Shown one piece after another: positions 26,820 through 38,900 of a stretch of DNA of 64,000 nt (positions within the stretch are counted from its first letter, which is position 1; the number at the start of each line of letters is the position of its first letter). Under the pieces are notes generated by a model. It saw only the letters and a list, made by a program, of their open reading frames with translations, was not told the origin of the DNA and ran no database searches. This DNA comes from Microthyrium microscopicum. Lineage: Eukaryota. A program made the translations under genes and the position numbers. Where the stretch lies: the NCBI GenBank assembly GCA_010405405.1, contig MU004236.1:793457-857456 (forward strand). Reading direction: 5' to 3'.

Positions 26820-28675
26820 CTACACTATGTTCCCCGAGGAGTCATTCTTCAGCATGTCGGTCTCTCGCTTGCGCTGGAAGATCGCAGACCAGCCTCCACG
26901 ATTTCGAGCTATCTTGGACATGTTGTACATTGCTATAGAAGCGAAAAATGTCAAGACAGTCAGTGGCAAGGTTACTTGTAGCCATCTATACATGGCAGCG
27001 CTTGAGAAAGTTCCTTCAGTCGGTGGGCCTCCTGGGTTCTGATATTTCACCACATCCGTACTAAAAAAAGTCTACGCTATGGTCAGCTAAATCAAATAGA
27101 AGCAAGGTAGGGAAACGTACCGAGACGAACGTTGCAGGCAAATAAATCAGAGTGATCAAGGTGATAACTCCAACTACTGCTGCTTCTTGTTCCATATGCC
27201 GATTCATCTCCTCAAGCCGTGTGGCCGACTGACCTTGAGAATGATATTGGATCTTCAGATCGGTCAGTACCTAGTAAATAATAAGGACCTTTGACACCGA
27301 AAATACTCACTAAATCTTTCCTGTCTCTAATTGCCTTGGATAGTAAGTTCCCTCTCAGGATAATAGACTCTAAACAATCAGTGATAGAATCAAGCTCGAA
27401 TTGGAACCTCTCCACGTCATCTTTGCAGTGATTCAGGGCTTGCGGAAAGCCTTTTCTCCTGTTTACATTGCCGTAATATCGTTTGAGAGATCTCATCACT
27501 CGAATATCACTTCCCAGCAGCATGTTAATCTCGTCAACTTTCTCCTGAAGAAACTGTAGATTCTGTATATCCTCTGGCTTGTACATTTTATGTGCAGCAT
27601 CAGGGTCGAGTGGACCGTAGATGGCAAGTGATGACTGGTTTGTTAGAATTTGTGTCTAAAATCAACTTCCAGTGTTTTACTCACATTTGTATCCACTTGG
27701 TTCTCCAGGGACTGTAGAAAGCGGTGCCAATTTCGAGTCGCCCATCGACAGTAAAGCAGGTGCGTAGATAAACTTGTTCTGAAACAGTTCTCTAGATTGT
27801 CAAAAGCTTGATCTTCTTCTCGACCGATTCTTGATGTTTGATCTCGGAACATGTTATGAATATCCTCTCCAGCCTTGGTCACAATCCATAAAGTGCTTCC
27901 GTCTGTGACATCAAACTGATGGTGAATCGCCACATGTCTCAATGACCAACTACTTGGAGATGAAACCATTTCATCTCTGGCCGTTACTCCTTTGAGGCTA
28001 TAGCACAACTGTATTTGGTGTCCACTTCTGACGTTATAAGGGTCTGACGGCGTCAAATTTGGACCGTCAAGAAAGGTCTGTTCAGAGAAGTCATTAAGCC
28101 TCATGTCCCGATCATTCGATAGTATGGAGAAGGTCAGCATAGCATCTACATAAGCAGGCATAACCTGATGTATTGCGAAGAGAGACAGGACAGATTGGCG
28201 AGTGACTCTCAACCGGGACTGATTGTCATCAGACCATAAATAACTGCAGAATGTTAGAACTCAACAAAGATAACTGCATTATATCTTACACAAATCGACA
28301 TTTCGGATTGACTTTGCTCAAAGTGGCCGTCTCTTTTGTGCTATCGTTCTGATCAACACAGAGTGAAATACCTAACCACTCGTTCAACATGTCGGGAGTT
28401 TGAATCCGTCTTTTGACCAGTTCTATGCTTTGTTAGCAGGTGATTCGCGAGATGTAAAGCTCAGACTTGCCTCTCCCATCGTCTCCTCTAAAATCTCTGA
28501 ATCTTATTTGAAACGTTTTCATTTCCTCGTCGTTATGTTGATCGATGAATATGTCATTCTCAGCTTGTTTCAGTCGTTGGTAGTAGAGCTCCAGGTCTGC
28601 AGGAAAGGTTCCTGCTGGTCGTATAGCCAGACCAACTGGAAAACGATCCCATCGTAATAACGGAAGACTCGACAT
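26820..28675 (-). CDS. Fungal CorA-like protein (alpha/beta N-terminus, long helices, two C-terminal TM helices); multi-exon
   Basis: Spliced PKCRFV...SRLRVT...HQVMPAYVD, QIQLCYSLKGV, WSLRHVAIHHQFD...LWIVTK and coiled helices. These are followed by TM1 VITLITLIYLPATFVS-TFFSTD and TM2 WLQVTLPLTVLTFF. Confidence 0.8.
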
Positions 28676-29209
28676 TGCCCGGTATATCGAACTCTATGCC
28701 AATCTAATTTTGAACCCTGTTCTTGAATGAAAATTTGTTCTGTTTCACTAAGCTATCTCATCATCTGAGTAGCATTCAATGGCATATTTGAACTTCTCAT
28801 ATTCTATACAGTTGCCAGGCACATGTGGCTGTGAGCGTTACAGTGCCTCATGAGATGCCTCGCAAGTTTGTTGTATTGCCGGATGTATGACACAAGACTC
28901 TCTGGCCCAATGAATCACGCGCATATATTTGTTGAAGCTCAGCCTGTCCGTACTAGGCGCCGTGACACACTGCGAGCGTCCAGCTGGCTCACCGGTCATA
29001 CTCAATAAAATACGCCTCAGCCTGATCCCACCCACCCACTGAAATAATACGTGTATGTCGGGCAAAATACGAGGCTTGCATTAACTCAGGCTTTTCAAGC
29101 TTCAAACAAGTGGCAATCTATACCTTCAAAACAAGAAATCATTTTATTGTGCCTATCTTTGCTAGTTAAAGGGCTAAGGCGACATCTGTCCCGCCCTCAG
29201 CACCATGAA

Positions 29210-29800
29210 TTATTCTTCCTCAGGCTCTGGAGACTCATTGGGACTTCTCTGGGACGTTATCACAGCCGCATCTTTGCTGTCATCCATCTGCTGCGCCGTT
29301 CCTTCGGCCTGCCCGATCTGACGGGAGTGACGAAGGTTGCTTTGACTCAAGATGTCTTTTTGGTACAGATCTCTTATCTTTGTCAGCTCGGACTCTTCCT
29401 TCTATTTCATGATTAGTTGGTGTTCATACGCTTCTAGCATGTAGAGCAATTCCTCACTCTTGTCAGGTTGAAAGTCTTTGGAAGCTCAAACACCCATGAG
29501 TCCTGTATCTAGAAAAATATTTAGGGCGAGAACGATACATTGAAACATTGGAGCGCTCACGTATTTCTCTTTGAAGTCCCACGATCTTTCTTCCAATTTT
29601 GGCCATTTCTTGTGAAGATATTCCTGTATCTTGAGCCATGGAAATGATGAGTAAGCCTTGAACTTGACCTGCTCCCGATCTTTCTTCGCCGTCGTACTGT
29701 CGTCTGTCCTTTGTCGCCTAACCTTGGCTAAGGTTGAGATGGTACTCAAATTTGAGCCAGTTCGCGTAGTCTTCCGTGAGGGTGGTGGTGGCGTCGCCAT
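29210..29800 (-). CDS. Small (160 aa) hypothetical protein; 3 exons
   Basis: Exons 29800-29561, 29508-29458 and 29401-29210 with GTGAG donors and AG acceptors splice in frame: ...KIQEYLHKKWPKLEERSWDFKEKY|IQDSWVFELPKTFNLTR|KEESELTKIRDLY...EPEEE*. Confidence 0.7.
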
Positions 29801-30567
29801 ATCTACCTACACCGCAAACGCTTTCTGGTAGCAGCTATATGGGGCGAGTGTGCCTTGCGAATGCTTCGAGTTAGCTGAGTGATAGATTTGTCTTTGGAAG
29901 AGAGGCGTGCCCATCTTGTTGGTCCGCGGCAGGCTGAGCCAAATAATGGTTTGCCTTGTACGTTCCACAGCATCCCAAAGTCATTGCGATTGGGCTAGCA
30001 CCGTTGATAAGTGAACATGGTTTAGGTTGATTGCATTGCCATTGGCTGCCTCGAGATACTTTTCAGACCGCCGGCTTCACTTTCTACTCCTGGCTAGGCT
30101 TAGCCCGCCTCGTATTTGAGGCTCTTTCTGGAGCGGGGAATCTAGTCAGGTCCACGATTCGAAGGACAATGACTTGCAATGATCAAGCGTAGATAGATGG
30201 GCCACTGTAGTCTTTTCAGTCCCTGTGTTTCTGCGGAGGATTTGTTCATACCTTTTACGATTCCTCTCGTTATCACTGGACGATAAACCTGGTTTGCGTT
30301 TGTATGAACACTGCGAGAGACATTCCCCAAATAACAATACGAAGCGTGAGCCAAGTAATTCGCTTCAGTCTACATATAAGTAAGACCTAATTTAGAAAGC
30401 TTTGGCATGTTTAAGCTCCCAAAACAGGCTAGAAGGAGAGTTTATTATCTGTTTCGTGGTGTCAAATATCTCTCTTACTTTATGGCTAATATCTTGAACG
30501 TCGAGTCACCAGGTACCTAGTGTTTAGGTTAAGGCTTTCTCATATATCAAATTGGCAAAGGAGAGAG

Positions 30568-31854
30568 TTATGGTATTGGTCTGGACAGCCAGCATTTCAA
30601 GTCCTCTCTAACCTCCATCTCATCGACCTCCGGCGGCTGCTGCCACTCCTTACTATCCACACGATGTACCGACTGCCCAAAACTACTTCCTCTAGCCTTA
30701 CCCGTCCGGAAATGCTCGTCCTTCCTCATGCTCTCACGACTAGCCTGCTTCGTATGCATACGCCGCGCATTCGAAAAGTCAGGCCATGAACCCTTTCCAT
30801 CTCCAAGCGCGCGTGCCTCTACGTCGCTCCACGTGCCAGTATCTTCAGAAGTAACACCTCGTCTGCTCGAGGTCTCGAAAGCTTCTCTGTTAGGACCCCA
30901 GCCGTCGCCGCCCGCAAAGATATCCTCTATTACTTGGTCTGCGCTGGGCTCGCCGGGTTGGGATGTCAGTTCTGCGGCGAGAGTTTTCTTATATAGTTCT
31001 CTAAGATCTTCTCCAGCTTCCTTGGATTGAGCGTTGACGGTGGGTGTCGCTGTGAATGTCAGTATAGGGTTTGGGGGTCAAGATGGACATAACTTACGTC
31101 CAGTCTCATCGGCATCCATCTGTTCACCTATTATGATCCCAGCAATGCCAACGAATTGTGGTGCAGATTTTAGTTGAGGTCTACGTGCAATAGGTTAGTA
31201 TCGGATAGATGTAACAGTAGAAGAATTCATTACGCCATGTAGTTGCGATCACCGTCTATCTGAGACATGCGAATGCAGACCTACAATACTGGATTAGCAC
31301 GGAATCGGGCGATATTTTCTGTAAAATACCTTTAACGTGCTGTTGATTTTGCTCTCCTGCAGTAGATATCGTCTTTGAATCATATCTCCTGACTGCCTTG
31401 ACGCTTCAACATACTCGGCTAGGTTAATTTTGACCACACCGAGAAGTGATCTGTCTGGCTTTCCAGCAGTAGGGACTTCATGAACAACTTCAAGGGTAAG
31501 AAGAGATTCCTCCAGCCAATTGGTTTTGTTTACGACCAGTCGGATTGTCGTGGTCTTTTCATATTCAAATAAGGCCTTGTGGTCTTTCACGGAGACCAGA
31601 CTTGTGCGGTCATCGTGGTCGGTGTTGTGAGAAATGCGCCATTTGACGAAAGCCTTGCCCGAGACGTATGGGATGTTGTTTAGATCTAATATCTTGAAGG
31701 AAACCTCAAATTTGGGCTGGAGAATTAGTAGAGGCATTGAGTGGTTAAGTGCAAGGTATGCTCACCTTGCGATTCTTGGGTGTGACTTTGCAACAATTTA
31801 GCATCTCGAAAATAATGGGAATGAACTATTGGAAAGCGTACCTAAAGTTTGCAT
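30568..31854 (-). CDS. NT-type C2 domain protein (EEIG1/EHBP1/FAM102-like); multi-exon
   Basis: MQTLVTPKNRKPKFEVSFKILDLNNIPYVSG, LGVVKINLAEYV, RRYLLQESKINSTLK, VIEDIFAGGDGW and C-terminal EVDEMEVREDLKCW. Confidence 0.8.
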
Positions 31855-32286
31855 GATGGGCTTTAATATGAGCCAGATGCGCCTTAGCACAAACGGACCC
31901 GAACTAAAGATAAGGAGAACTAGAATTACTTGGTTTGGTGGAACACGGGGTACAAACAACTTAGACGACCGGTTTGATGAGAAGTTGCCTGGTGACTACT
32001 GCGATAGATGAATTGCTGAAAGGAATGAAGTTGGTGGAGTGACCTTGAGAGTTTATACAAGAAGCTTGGGCCACATTTTCCATAGGAAGCAGCCTTGCGC
32101 TTCAGTGAAATGTTAAAATCTTCACATCAAGAGGAAAAACAATTGTGATGAGTTGGCTGGTACAAGTACATATTGAAAGACATGCATTGATGCTGACTTT
32201 CACTCGAATCGAGCAAATTCGCTCAAGTCTCGCTCTCAAACAAAGGTAATCAACTAACTTGACATCATCTCATGGTCTCCCATGGA

Positions 32287-33230
32287 CTAGACATTCTTTT
32301 TCGTTTGTCTTAGCTTATTCAAGTTGAACTCTCTGGTAAAGTACCAGTCCATCATCCATTTTGGCATGAAGGTGGAAACAAACCACACCAAATATGAGCC
32401 AAATCCCTCCCAGATATATCTAGGAGGAGACCGTACAAGCAGCTGTTTTAGCACGCTTTGCGCATACTTTTCGGTATCCATACCGACTTCTTGGCTGTGC
32501 TTGGTCCTTCGAGCGTACTCTTTAGTGATGGGCTGATAAATGGAACTTTCGCCAAGCACCCTCTCGGTTCTCGCAATATTTGAGACAACGCCGCCGGTAA
32601 CAATCGTGATAACTTTAACGTCGAATGGTGCCAGTTCTACGCGAAGAGTATTGCTATAGGCGTGAAGCGCGGCCTTGGAGGCATTGTATGCAGATCCGAA
32701 CACATACGGCATGATTCCGGCGACACTCCCAATCTGTACGATTGTGCCTTTGGCTTCGATTAGAAGTGGTGTAAAGGTCTGGCACATACGCATAACCTAA
32801 AAAAATAAGCTCGGGTGTAGTTGAGTGTGGCTTTTATCGTACCCCAAACAGGTTGGTTCTGAAGCACCCTTCAACTTCATCCATATCCAAATCCACAGCT
32901 GGGACAGTCAGATTTTTCCCTAAGAGCTGTTAGACCTTGAAATTTCAAGCACATTGGTTTTCAAGATTTGTACAAACCAGCGTTGTTGATGAGCATGTCG
33001 AGCTTGCCGCCAGTGATTGCGGCTATATCAGCCTTGAGCTTGGTGATGCTTTCAGGAGAGTCAACATCCAAAGCGAAGGCAGTAATGCCCAAAGCAGTAA
33101 GATCGCTTATAGACTCGGTCTTTCTGGCTGTAGCAAAAACCTTGAAGCCCTTGTCGTTGAGCAGCTTGGCCAGCGACTTGCCAATACCACTTGAGGTGCC
33201 TGTTATAAGCACGGTCTTGGGAGACGCCAT
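32287..33230 (-). CDS. AYR1: Short-chain dehydrogenase/reductase, AYR1-like (1-acyl-DHAP reductase)
   Basis: VLITGTSSGIG (TGxxxGxG), LINNAG, catalytic YNASK, LRVELAPFDVKV. Confidence 0.75.
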
Positions 33231-33790
33231 GCTTGTTGTATGGAGTAAACTGCGTGGAGCCTGCAGATAGAGGATATACTCAGGAGCTCTTGATAAAGAC
33301 AAGAAAAATCTGTATTGAGGGGATGTTGATGGTTGATGAAGACGTAAGCTGGAGTTTGAGTCTGAACTCGGAGCTGTCAGATAGATTGCGGTTCCCAGTG
33401 TCACTCCTCAACCTCAATTGATGCCCTCTCAACCAGCGACATCCAGAGTTCCCGCTCTCCCAGACATTGCATTCAGTATTGAATCGAAAGGTTGTGGTTC
33501 TTCAACATTCTTGTGCCATCGAGTCCTCACGTCCATCGCATATCCCCTGCCAAGCCTCGACCGTCCCACCACAGCTGCTAGACATCTCAAACTGCATCGC
33601 ATCGCGAATTTGCAGGTCACCACCGTTGCGCGCCTTCGTGCGACACGCATCTATCCGCTGCCTACATTATCGCGATCATCCTCTCTATCTCCGTCGAGTC
33701 GCTATGCTCCTTGCTCGAGAATCCCCTACCCCGGTCTCCTCATCGCCTCAATGACTTGGCAACGAGCACCGACAGCAACGTCGGCCAGAC

Positions 33791-36418
33791 ATGAATCCTT
33801 CCAACCTTCGCGTCTCCGTGCAGTTCACGCAGTCTGCCATATTCGCCGGAGAAGATGTCGAATGCATTATTACCTTCACCAACAGCGCCCTGCCTCCTGG
33901 GTTCAGCTCTCCAAATCATCCCCGTTTATCCCAACGGAAGATACCTTCCATACCTTCGAGGAAGACCTCCGCAGCTCAGAGACCTAGATTAGGCCAGCTA
34001 CCGGCTCCTATAAACAGAGTTCATCGATCATCGTCGATACAAAGCTCCCCACCCTCATCTCATCGATCCGAACGGACGAATGCTCATGAGCGCGTCAACC
34101 GCCCATCGGTTGCATCCGGCAAAAGAGCTCATGGTCGTTCACTATCCATATTATCTCTAGCATCAGAAGCTCAAGGCGACAATGAAAAATTTGGAGCAGA
34201 GAACGGCGTAAGCGCACATGGGCGAAGATCTGGTCGTGGCCATGGCAGGTCTGCTAGTCTACAGACATATCCGAATAGAGCTCCCAACGATTCATTTCTA
34301 GGTAAGGAACAAAGTGACCGGTAAGTGCCGATCGCTAACCTATAATTAGCTATCTCCTCGAACAACAGTAGTACGGTGCCTTTTCCGAAACTTGGAACGC
34401 CAGCGATCACCCTTCAAGAACCACCGTTACCGATACGAAGTGGTCGAAGCAGCAACTCACCGGCCAATTCTGATGCTAATGGAAACATCGCCTCCAGACG
34501 AAGGAGCCCTAGTACGTTACAACAAGAATACAAGTTTGCGCCTTCAGGGGAAACCGAGAATTCGTTAGACTCCCTTTCCCCAAGCGATGTAGCCGAGCTG
34601 CCTTCGGATGAGCACAATCAAGCCCCTTCTTCAAGACATACCACACCAGATCGTGAGAACCATTTGGATCCAGCAATAAATCCTGCGTCCCGGGCGATAT
34701 CTGGAAACAGTATCAATGGTGGCACTCCAAGGAGCAGCGTCGATTTCTACTCGATGAGCAATCATTCCGACGAAACACTTGCGTCTGAGTATCCCACACA
34801 GCCCTTCATCCGGCCCCCCATACGTGGGAATTCTGTACGTCGGACATCAAAGCTCTCCAATGTAGAAGAACATGTTGGACCAGAGAACATCATGATGGGA
34901 TATGCTCAAGTTATGGGTAACTTTACTTTAGATGGATCTCTGGTAAACCAGGGGCCCTTTGAAGAAGTGAAACGCAAGGGCGTTGTAGGTGGCCAAGGAG
35001 CTGGTGGAGTCGTGGGTCTGGAACGGAAGAAAAGAGACTCCGGGCTTTTTGGAGCTTTGGGATGGTCCAATATCGGGGAGTCACTAGGAGGTCTACTGAA
35101 CAGTGGAGAACTCAGTAGTATCAAAGAAATGAGGACAAAAGCTAACTCAAAGGCGATACCTCTTATCTCAACTCCGCACTCTATTCTTTTCGTTGACCTT
35201 CAATTGGAGCCTGGACAAAGTCGGCAATATTCATACAAGTTTACGTTACCCAAAGGACTTCCACCATCGCATAAGGGGCGAGCGATGAAAGTTGCTTACA
35301 CTATTCGGGTTGGGATACAACGACCGGGCTCAAATTCCAGTCAAAATCTTCGCTCAGTCGAAATACCTTTCCGGGTATTTGGAACTGTTAATGGTATGTT
35401 TCAGTGGACGAGATAATTAACACGAGAGATCTAACTGAATCTAGCTCGAGGTGATATTCTACAGCACGACTTACTGTCTCCTCACATATATCTACGTGAT
35501 CTTTCAAAAACATCTCTAATAACTAATGGCACAAAAATCAAAACACCCCCTGAATCTGATCTCCCATCCTTCCTCCACTATGTCGACGCTCTCATCAATA
35601 AACAACCCACAAGATCTGGCCTCTTATCTCCTACTACTCCTCAAACGCCTCATCTGCGCCGATCCTCCTCCATTGCTGAACCAGCAACCTCCAAAGAAGC
35701 CATCGACCTCGCTATCATGCGCTCAAACCAGTCGAACTCAAACTTCAACACCCGCTTCATCGTCTCCCGTTCCGCTCGCCCTGTTGCCACAGTCCTCATC
35801 CCACGCAGCGCCTTCCGCCTCGGCGAAACCATTCACCTCATTATTGACTTTTCGTCACTCTCACCTACCACAAGACGGCCCTCTAACGCCGCTGATGTAC
35901 CCGCGCCAAAGACCCGCATCCCCGTGCAAGCAGTACTAGTAACTCTCGAAAGCGCCGAACACATCGACTCTGCCATCGCCATGCGCTCTGGCCCAAGCAT
36001 CTTCCGCTACACACGCAAAATACACGCTCAAGCCTGCGAGTCAGCCCTCTTTGCACGGCGCCTTGCATTTGCGCTCGCTGTCCCGCCGACCGCCACCCCT
36101 GAATTTGAAACATCTGGCATCGGGCTTCAGTGGCGGATCCGCGTCGAATTCGTCCATCCACGGCTGCGCGCCGAGCGACCACCACCAGATCCTGATGCCG
36201 AGGAATCAGAGGAGCTGGCGGCGGAGGAGGATGAGTATTGGGAAGAACGTGAGTGGCCAGACTTGCTGGAGGAGGTTAGCAGTGATGATCGTGGGCGCAT
36301 TTTGCAGGGCATTGAGACGTGTCTTGTGGAGACGTTTGAGATGAATGTGCCAGTACGAATATATGGCGCGGCGGTGGGAAGTAAGGGCGATGGAGATGTG
36401 GATGACCTGGCAGTTTAA
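33791..36418 (+). CDS. RGP1: Rgp1, subunit of the Ric1-Rgp1 Ypt6/Rab6 GEF; 3 exons
   Basis: IFAGEDVECIITFTN, MMGYAQVMGNFTLDGSLV, IPLISTPHSILFVDLQL, LPKGLPPSHKG, TPEFETSGIGLQW. Confidence 0.88.
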
Positions 36419-36869
36419 TAGGCTTAAATCTTTATTTTTGGCTAGATGAAATGTATTACACAAGCACTATCAGTTTGCAAAACTTTTCACGTCCTCGAAT
36501 TAATACTTGAGCGTTTATTGCTAGTGGACGAAGTACTCACGACCTCCGATCAAATGCGATAGCTGCCATGCACTGCGCTAATTACGAAGTGCGTTAACTC
36601 CCATGTGATCTGATTGGGTTTTCAACGATGTATTTCATAGGTACTTATTTAGCTACGAGTAAGAAGTTACTCCGTACAATTTCAAAGGTGAGCATGGGAG
36701 CTCATGTGTCTAGGACTAACGTACAAAACAGGTACTATCAAGGCTTCTCAGTTCTATCCAACTCCGTGACAACCATACAATGCCGTTTCCATCCCAACCT
36801 ACACACGAATACTTTACACACTCCAATTTCTTCATGCAGGTTGACGAGTAGGAGCCCCTTCCAAAGCAG

Positions 36870-38900
36870 TTACTCGGGATAATGGTAGTACTCCAAAGCT
36901 TCATCTGAGTAGTAGGGGTTTGTCTCAACTTGTGGCGGCGAAGGTGCAACTGTTCGAGGCTGAGACTCATGGTTCTGCTGGTTCGTTTGGATATAATCCT
37001 GCAGCATTCGCCACTTGCTATCGTCGGTAAGATCTGGTGGTGGGCGGGTTGGCGGCGCTATGTTATCTTTATATGGCTGTCGACCTGGTGTAGGAACATT
37101 GTCGCGTGGAGGAGGATGGTACTGCGTTGGCGGCGGGTTTTGCTGCTGTGGCTGCTGTTGCTGCTGCTGATTTGAGTTTGGCGTAGGCGCTGGACGTGGT
37201 GCTAGGACTGGAGAGGTACCAGGACGTACATTGGAATCAGGGCGGTTGTAGTAATCACCGTTGTCACCACCAGGGGCTGCGTTCGGTGGTGCTGGTCGAG
37301 GAGCAGGCACCGGATGATAGATTGGATACTCGGGGTAGTTGGGAGCTGGGTTGGTTGGAGTCGGCTGGGGGTGGTGGTTAGGCTGAGGATTGTACTGCTC
37401 TCCGTGATTATTGGTAACTTGACCAGTCACGGCTGGCCATCCGTTTGACATGGCGTTGGCGTTGAGATCGGTGCGAGTTGGTCGAGCTTTTGGTCCGGGC
37501 ATATTCTGGTGCTCAGGAACGTTCTCATATGGCGAGCCCGGAACGTGTGCTGGCCATGGATGAAGTTCAGGTTTGGGTCGACCTTGATGCTCTACCATAT
37601 CCTCGCCTTGGCTTGGGTAACCAGGTGGCGGTCGAACAGGTGCTTCTGGCGGATAGGGAGGTCCTACCCAGTTTGGTTGCGGCGGTAGTCCTGGGGGCAT
37701 ATAATGAGGTGATGCATTTTGCTGTTCGTGAAGATTTGCCGTAGGTGTTGGGTATGGGTGCGGGTACACTGGCTGTCTAGACGGTGGTTGGGCATGATGA
37801 CCCTTTTCTGCTCCTGTGCCATGTCCTGCGCTTCCCATGGTGCCGGCCTCATCGTACTCCTTTGTGCTATCTCTATAGTCTTGGGGAGGCTTTGGTGCCC
37901 AGTATTCACCTGGTTGCTGGTGATACGGAGGGTAATCGCCCGATGGCGATACTGTTGGATAGTAGCCTCCGTTGGGGATACTTCCATGACCCTTAGGTTC
38001 TGGTGGGTGGTTATACGGGTTTTGCTGTGGGGGCGACCATCCTCCTCCATTGGGGATACTTCCATGACCCTTAGGTTCTGGTGGGTGGTTATACGGGTGT
38101 TGCTGTGGTTGCGACCATCCTCCTCCGTTGGGGATACTTCCATGACCCTTAGGTTCTGATGGGTGGTTATATGGGTTTTGCTGTGGTTGCGGCCATCCTC
38201 CTCCGTTGGGGATACTTCCATGACCCTTATGCTCTGATGGGTGGTTATACGGGTTTTGCTGTGGTTGCGACCATCCTCCTCCGCCACCTTGATATGGTCT
38301 TACTTCATTATAGTCTAATTGAACCCAGCCAGAAACAGGTGTCGGCATAGACGACACAGTGATCGTCTTAGTCTCAGTCTTCATCTCAGCTGAAGCAACT
38401 TGATTTGGTGAGGGATAATAATCCGGCCGCGGTCCAATCATCTCGATGCCTTTGGTAGGAGATACAATAATAGTGATATCACCATTCAGCGCCGGGTTCT
38501 TATATGTTGCGTGATCCGTATCCTGCTGTGCTTGATTAGGATATGGATACCAAGGTGCCTGATTTGGAGTGGCAGGCACTCCGCCTGGACGCGGATCATT
38601 ATCATAACTTTCAGGTCCTGTATGATCATCTTGTTCCGATGGATAAGATGTGACTAATGTCGGTCCGTGATGTGTGCCTTTGGAAGGGCGTCCACCTTTG
38701 CCTTTGCCCGGCCGCTTTGCCTTTTTGCCGCTTTTCAAAGGTCGCTTAGGCTTATATGGTTGTGGCGATGATGAATATAGAGGCCGTCTGGGTGGTTCAT
38801 ATGATAGGATGGAGTCTGCTACTTGGCCATCTGTAGGATATGCTGCAGTTGTGCCAATAGCGAGAACTGTGACGGCATAGAGCGCCGAAGCGTAACGCAT
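36870..38900 (-). CDS. Secreted Pro/Gln/Gly/His-rich low-complexity protein with tandem repeats
   Basis: Single long ORF. The ATG at 38900 gives the signal-peptide-like MRYASALYAVTVLAIGTTAA. It contains four 26-aa repeats. Confidence 0.75.
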   Translation of the reverse strand: MRYASALYAVTVLAIGTTAAYPTDGQVADSILSYEPPRRPLYSSSPQPYKPKRPLKSGKKAKRPGKGKGGRPSKGTHHGPTLVTSYPSEQDDHTGPESYDNDPRPGGVPATPNQAPWYPYPNQAQQDTDHATYKNPALNGDITIIVSPTKGIEMIGPRPDYYPSPNQVASAEMKTETKTITVSSMPTPVSGWVQLDYNEVRPYQGGGGGWSQPQQNPYNHPSEHKGHGSIPNGGGWPQPQQNPYNHPSEPKGHGSIPNGGGWSQPQQHPYNHPPEPKGHGSIPNGGGWSPPQQNPYNHPPEPKGHGSIPNGGYYPTVSPSGDYPPYHQQPGEYWAPKPPQDYRDSTKEYDEAGTMGSAGHGTGAEKGHHAQPPSRQPVYPHPYPTPTANLHEQQNASPHYMPPGLPPQPNWVGPPYPPEAPVRPPPGYPSQGEDMVEHQGRPKPELHPWPAHVPGSPYENVPEHQNMPGPKARPTRTDLNANAMSNGWPAVTGQVTNNHGEQYNPQPNHHPQPTPTNPAPNYPEYPIYHPVPAPRPAPPNAAPGGDNGDYYNRPDSNVRPGTSPVLAPRPAPTPNSNQQQQQQPQQQNPPPTQYHPPPRDNVPTPGRQPYKDNIAPPTRPPPDLTDDSKWRMLQDYIQTNQQNHESQPRTVAPSPPQVETNPYYSDEALEYYHYPE
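37967..38283 (-). repeat. Coding tandem repeat, 4 x 78 bp (GGGW[SP]QPQQNPYNHP[SP]EPKGHGSIPN)
   Basis: ccatcctcctcc recurs at 78-bp spacing (38037, 38115, 38193, 38271). Confidence 0.92.

Noticed and set aside
14050..30400. Starship giant transposon
   Set aside because: The cargo types are reminiscent, but no tyrosine-recombinase captain gene or characteristic boundary is visible in the window.
37664..38287. Alternative-frame repeat ORFs (207 aa minus, 146 aa plus)
   Set aside because: Shadow frames kept open by the 78-bp coding repeat of the secreted protein.
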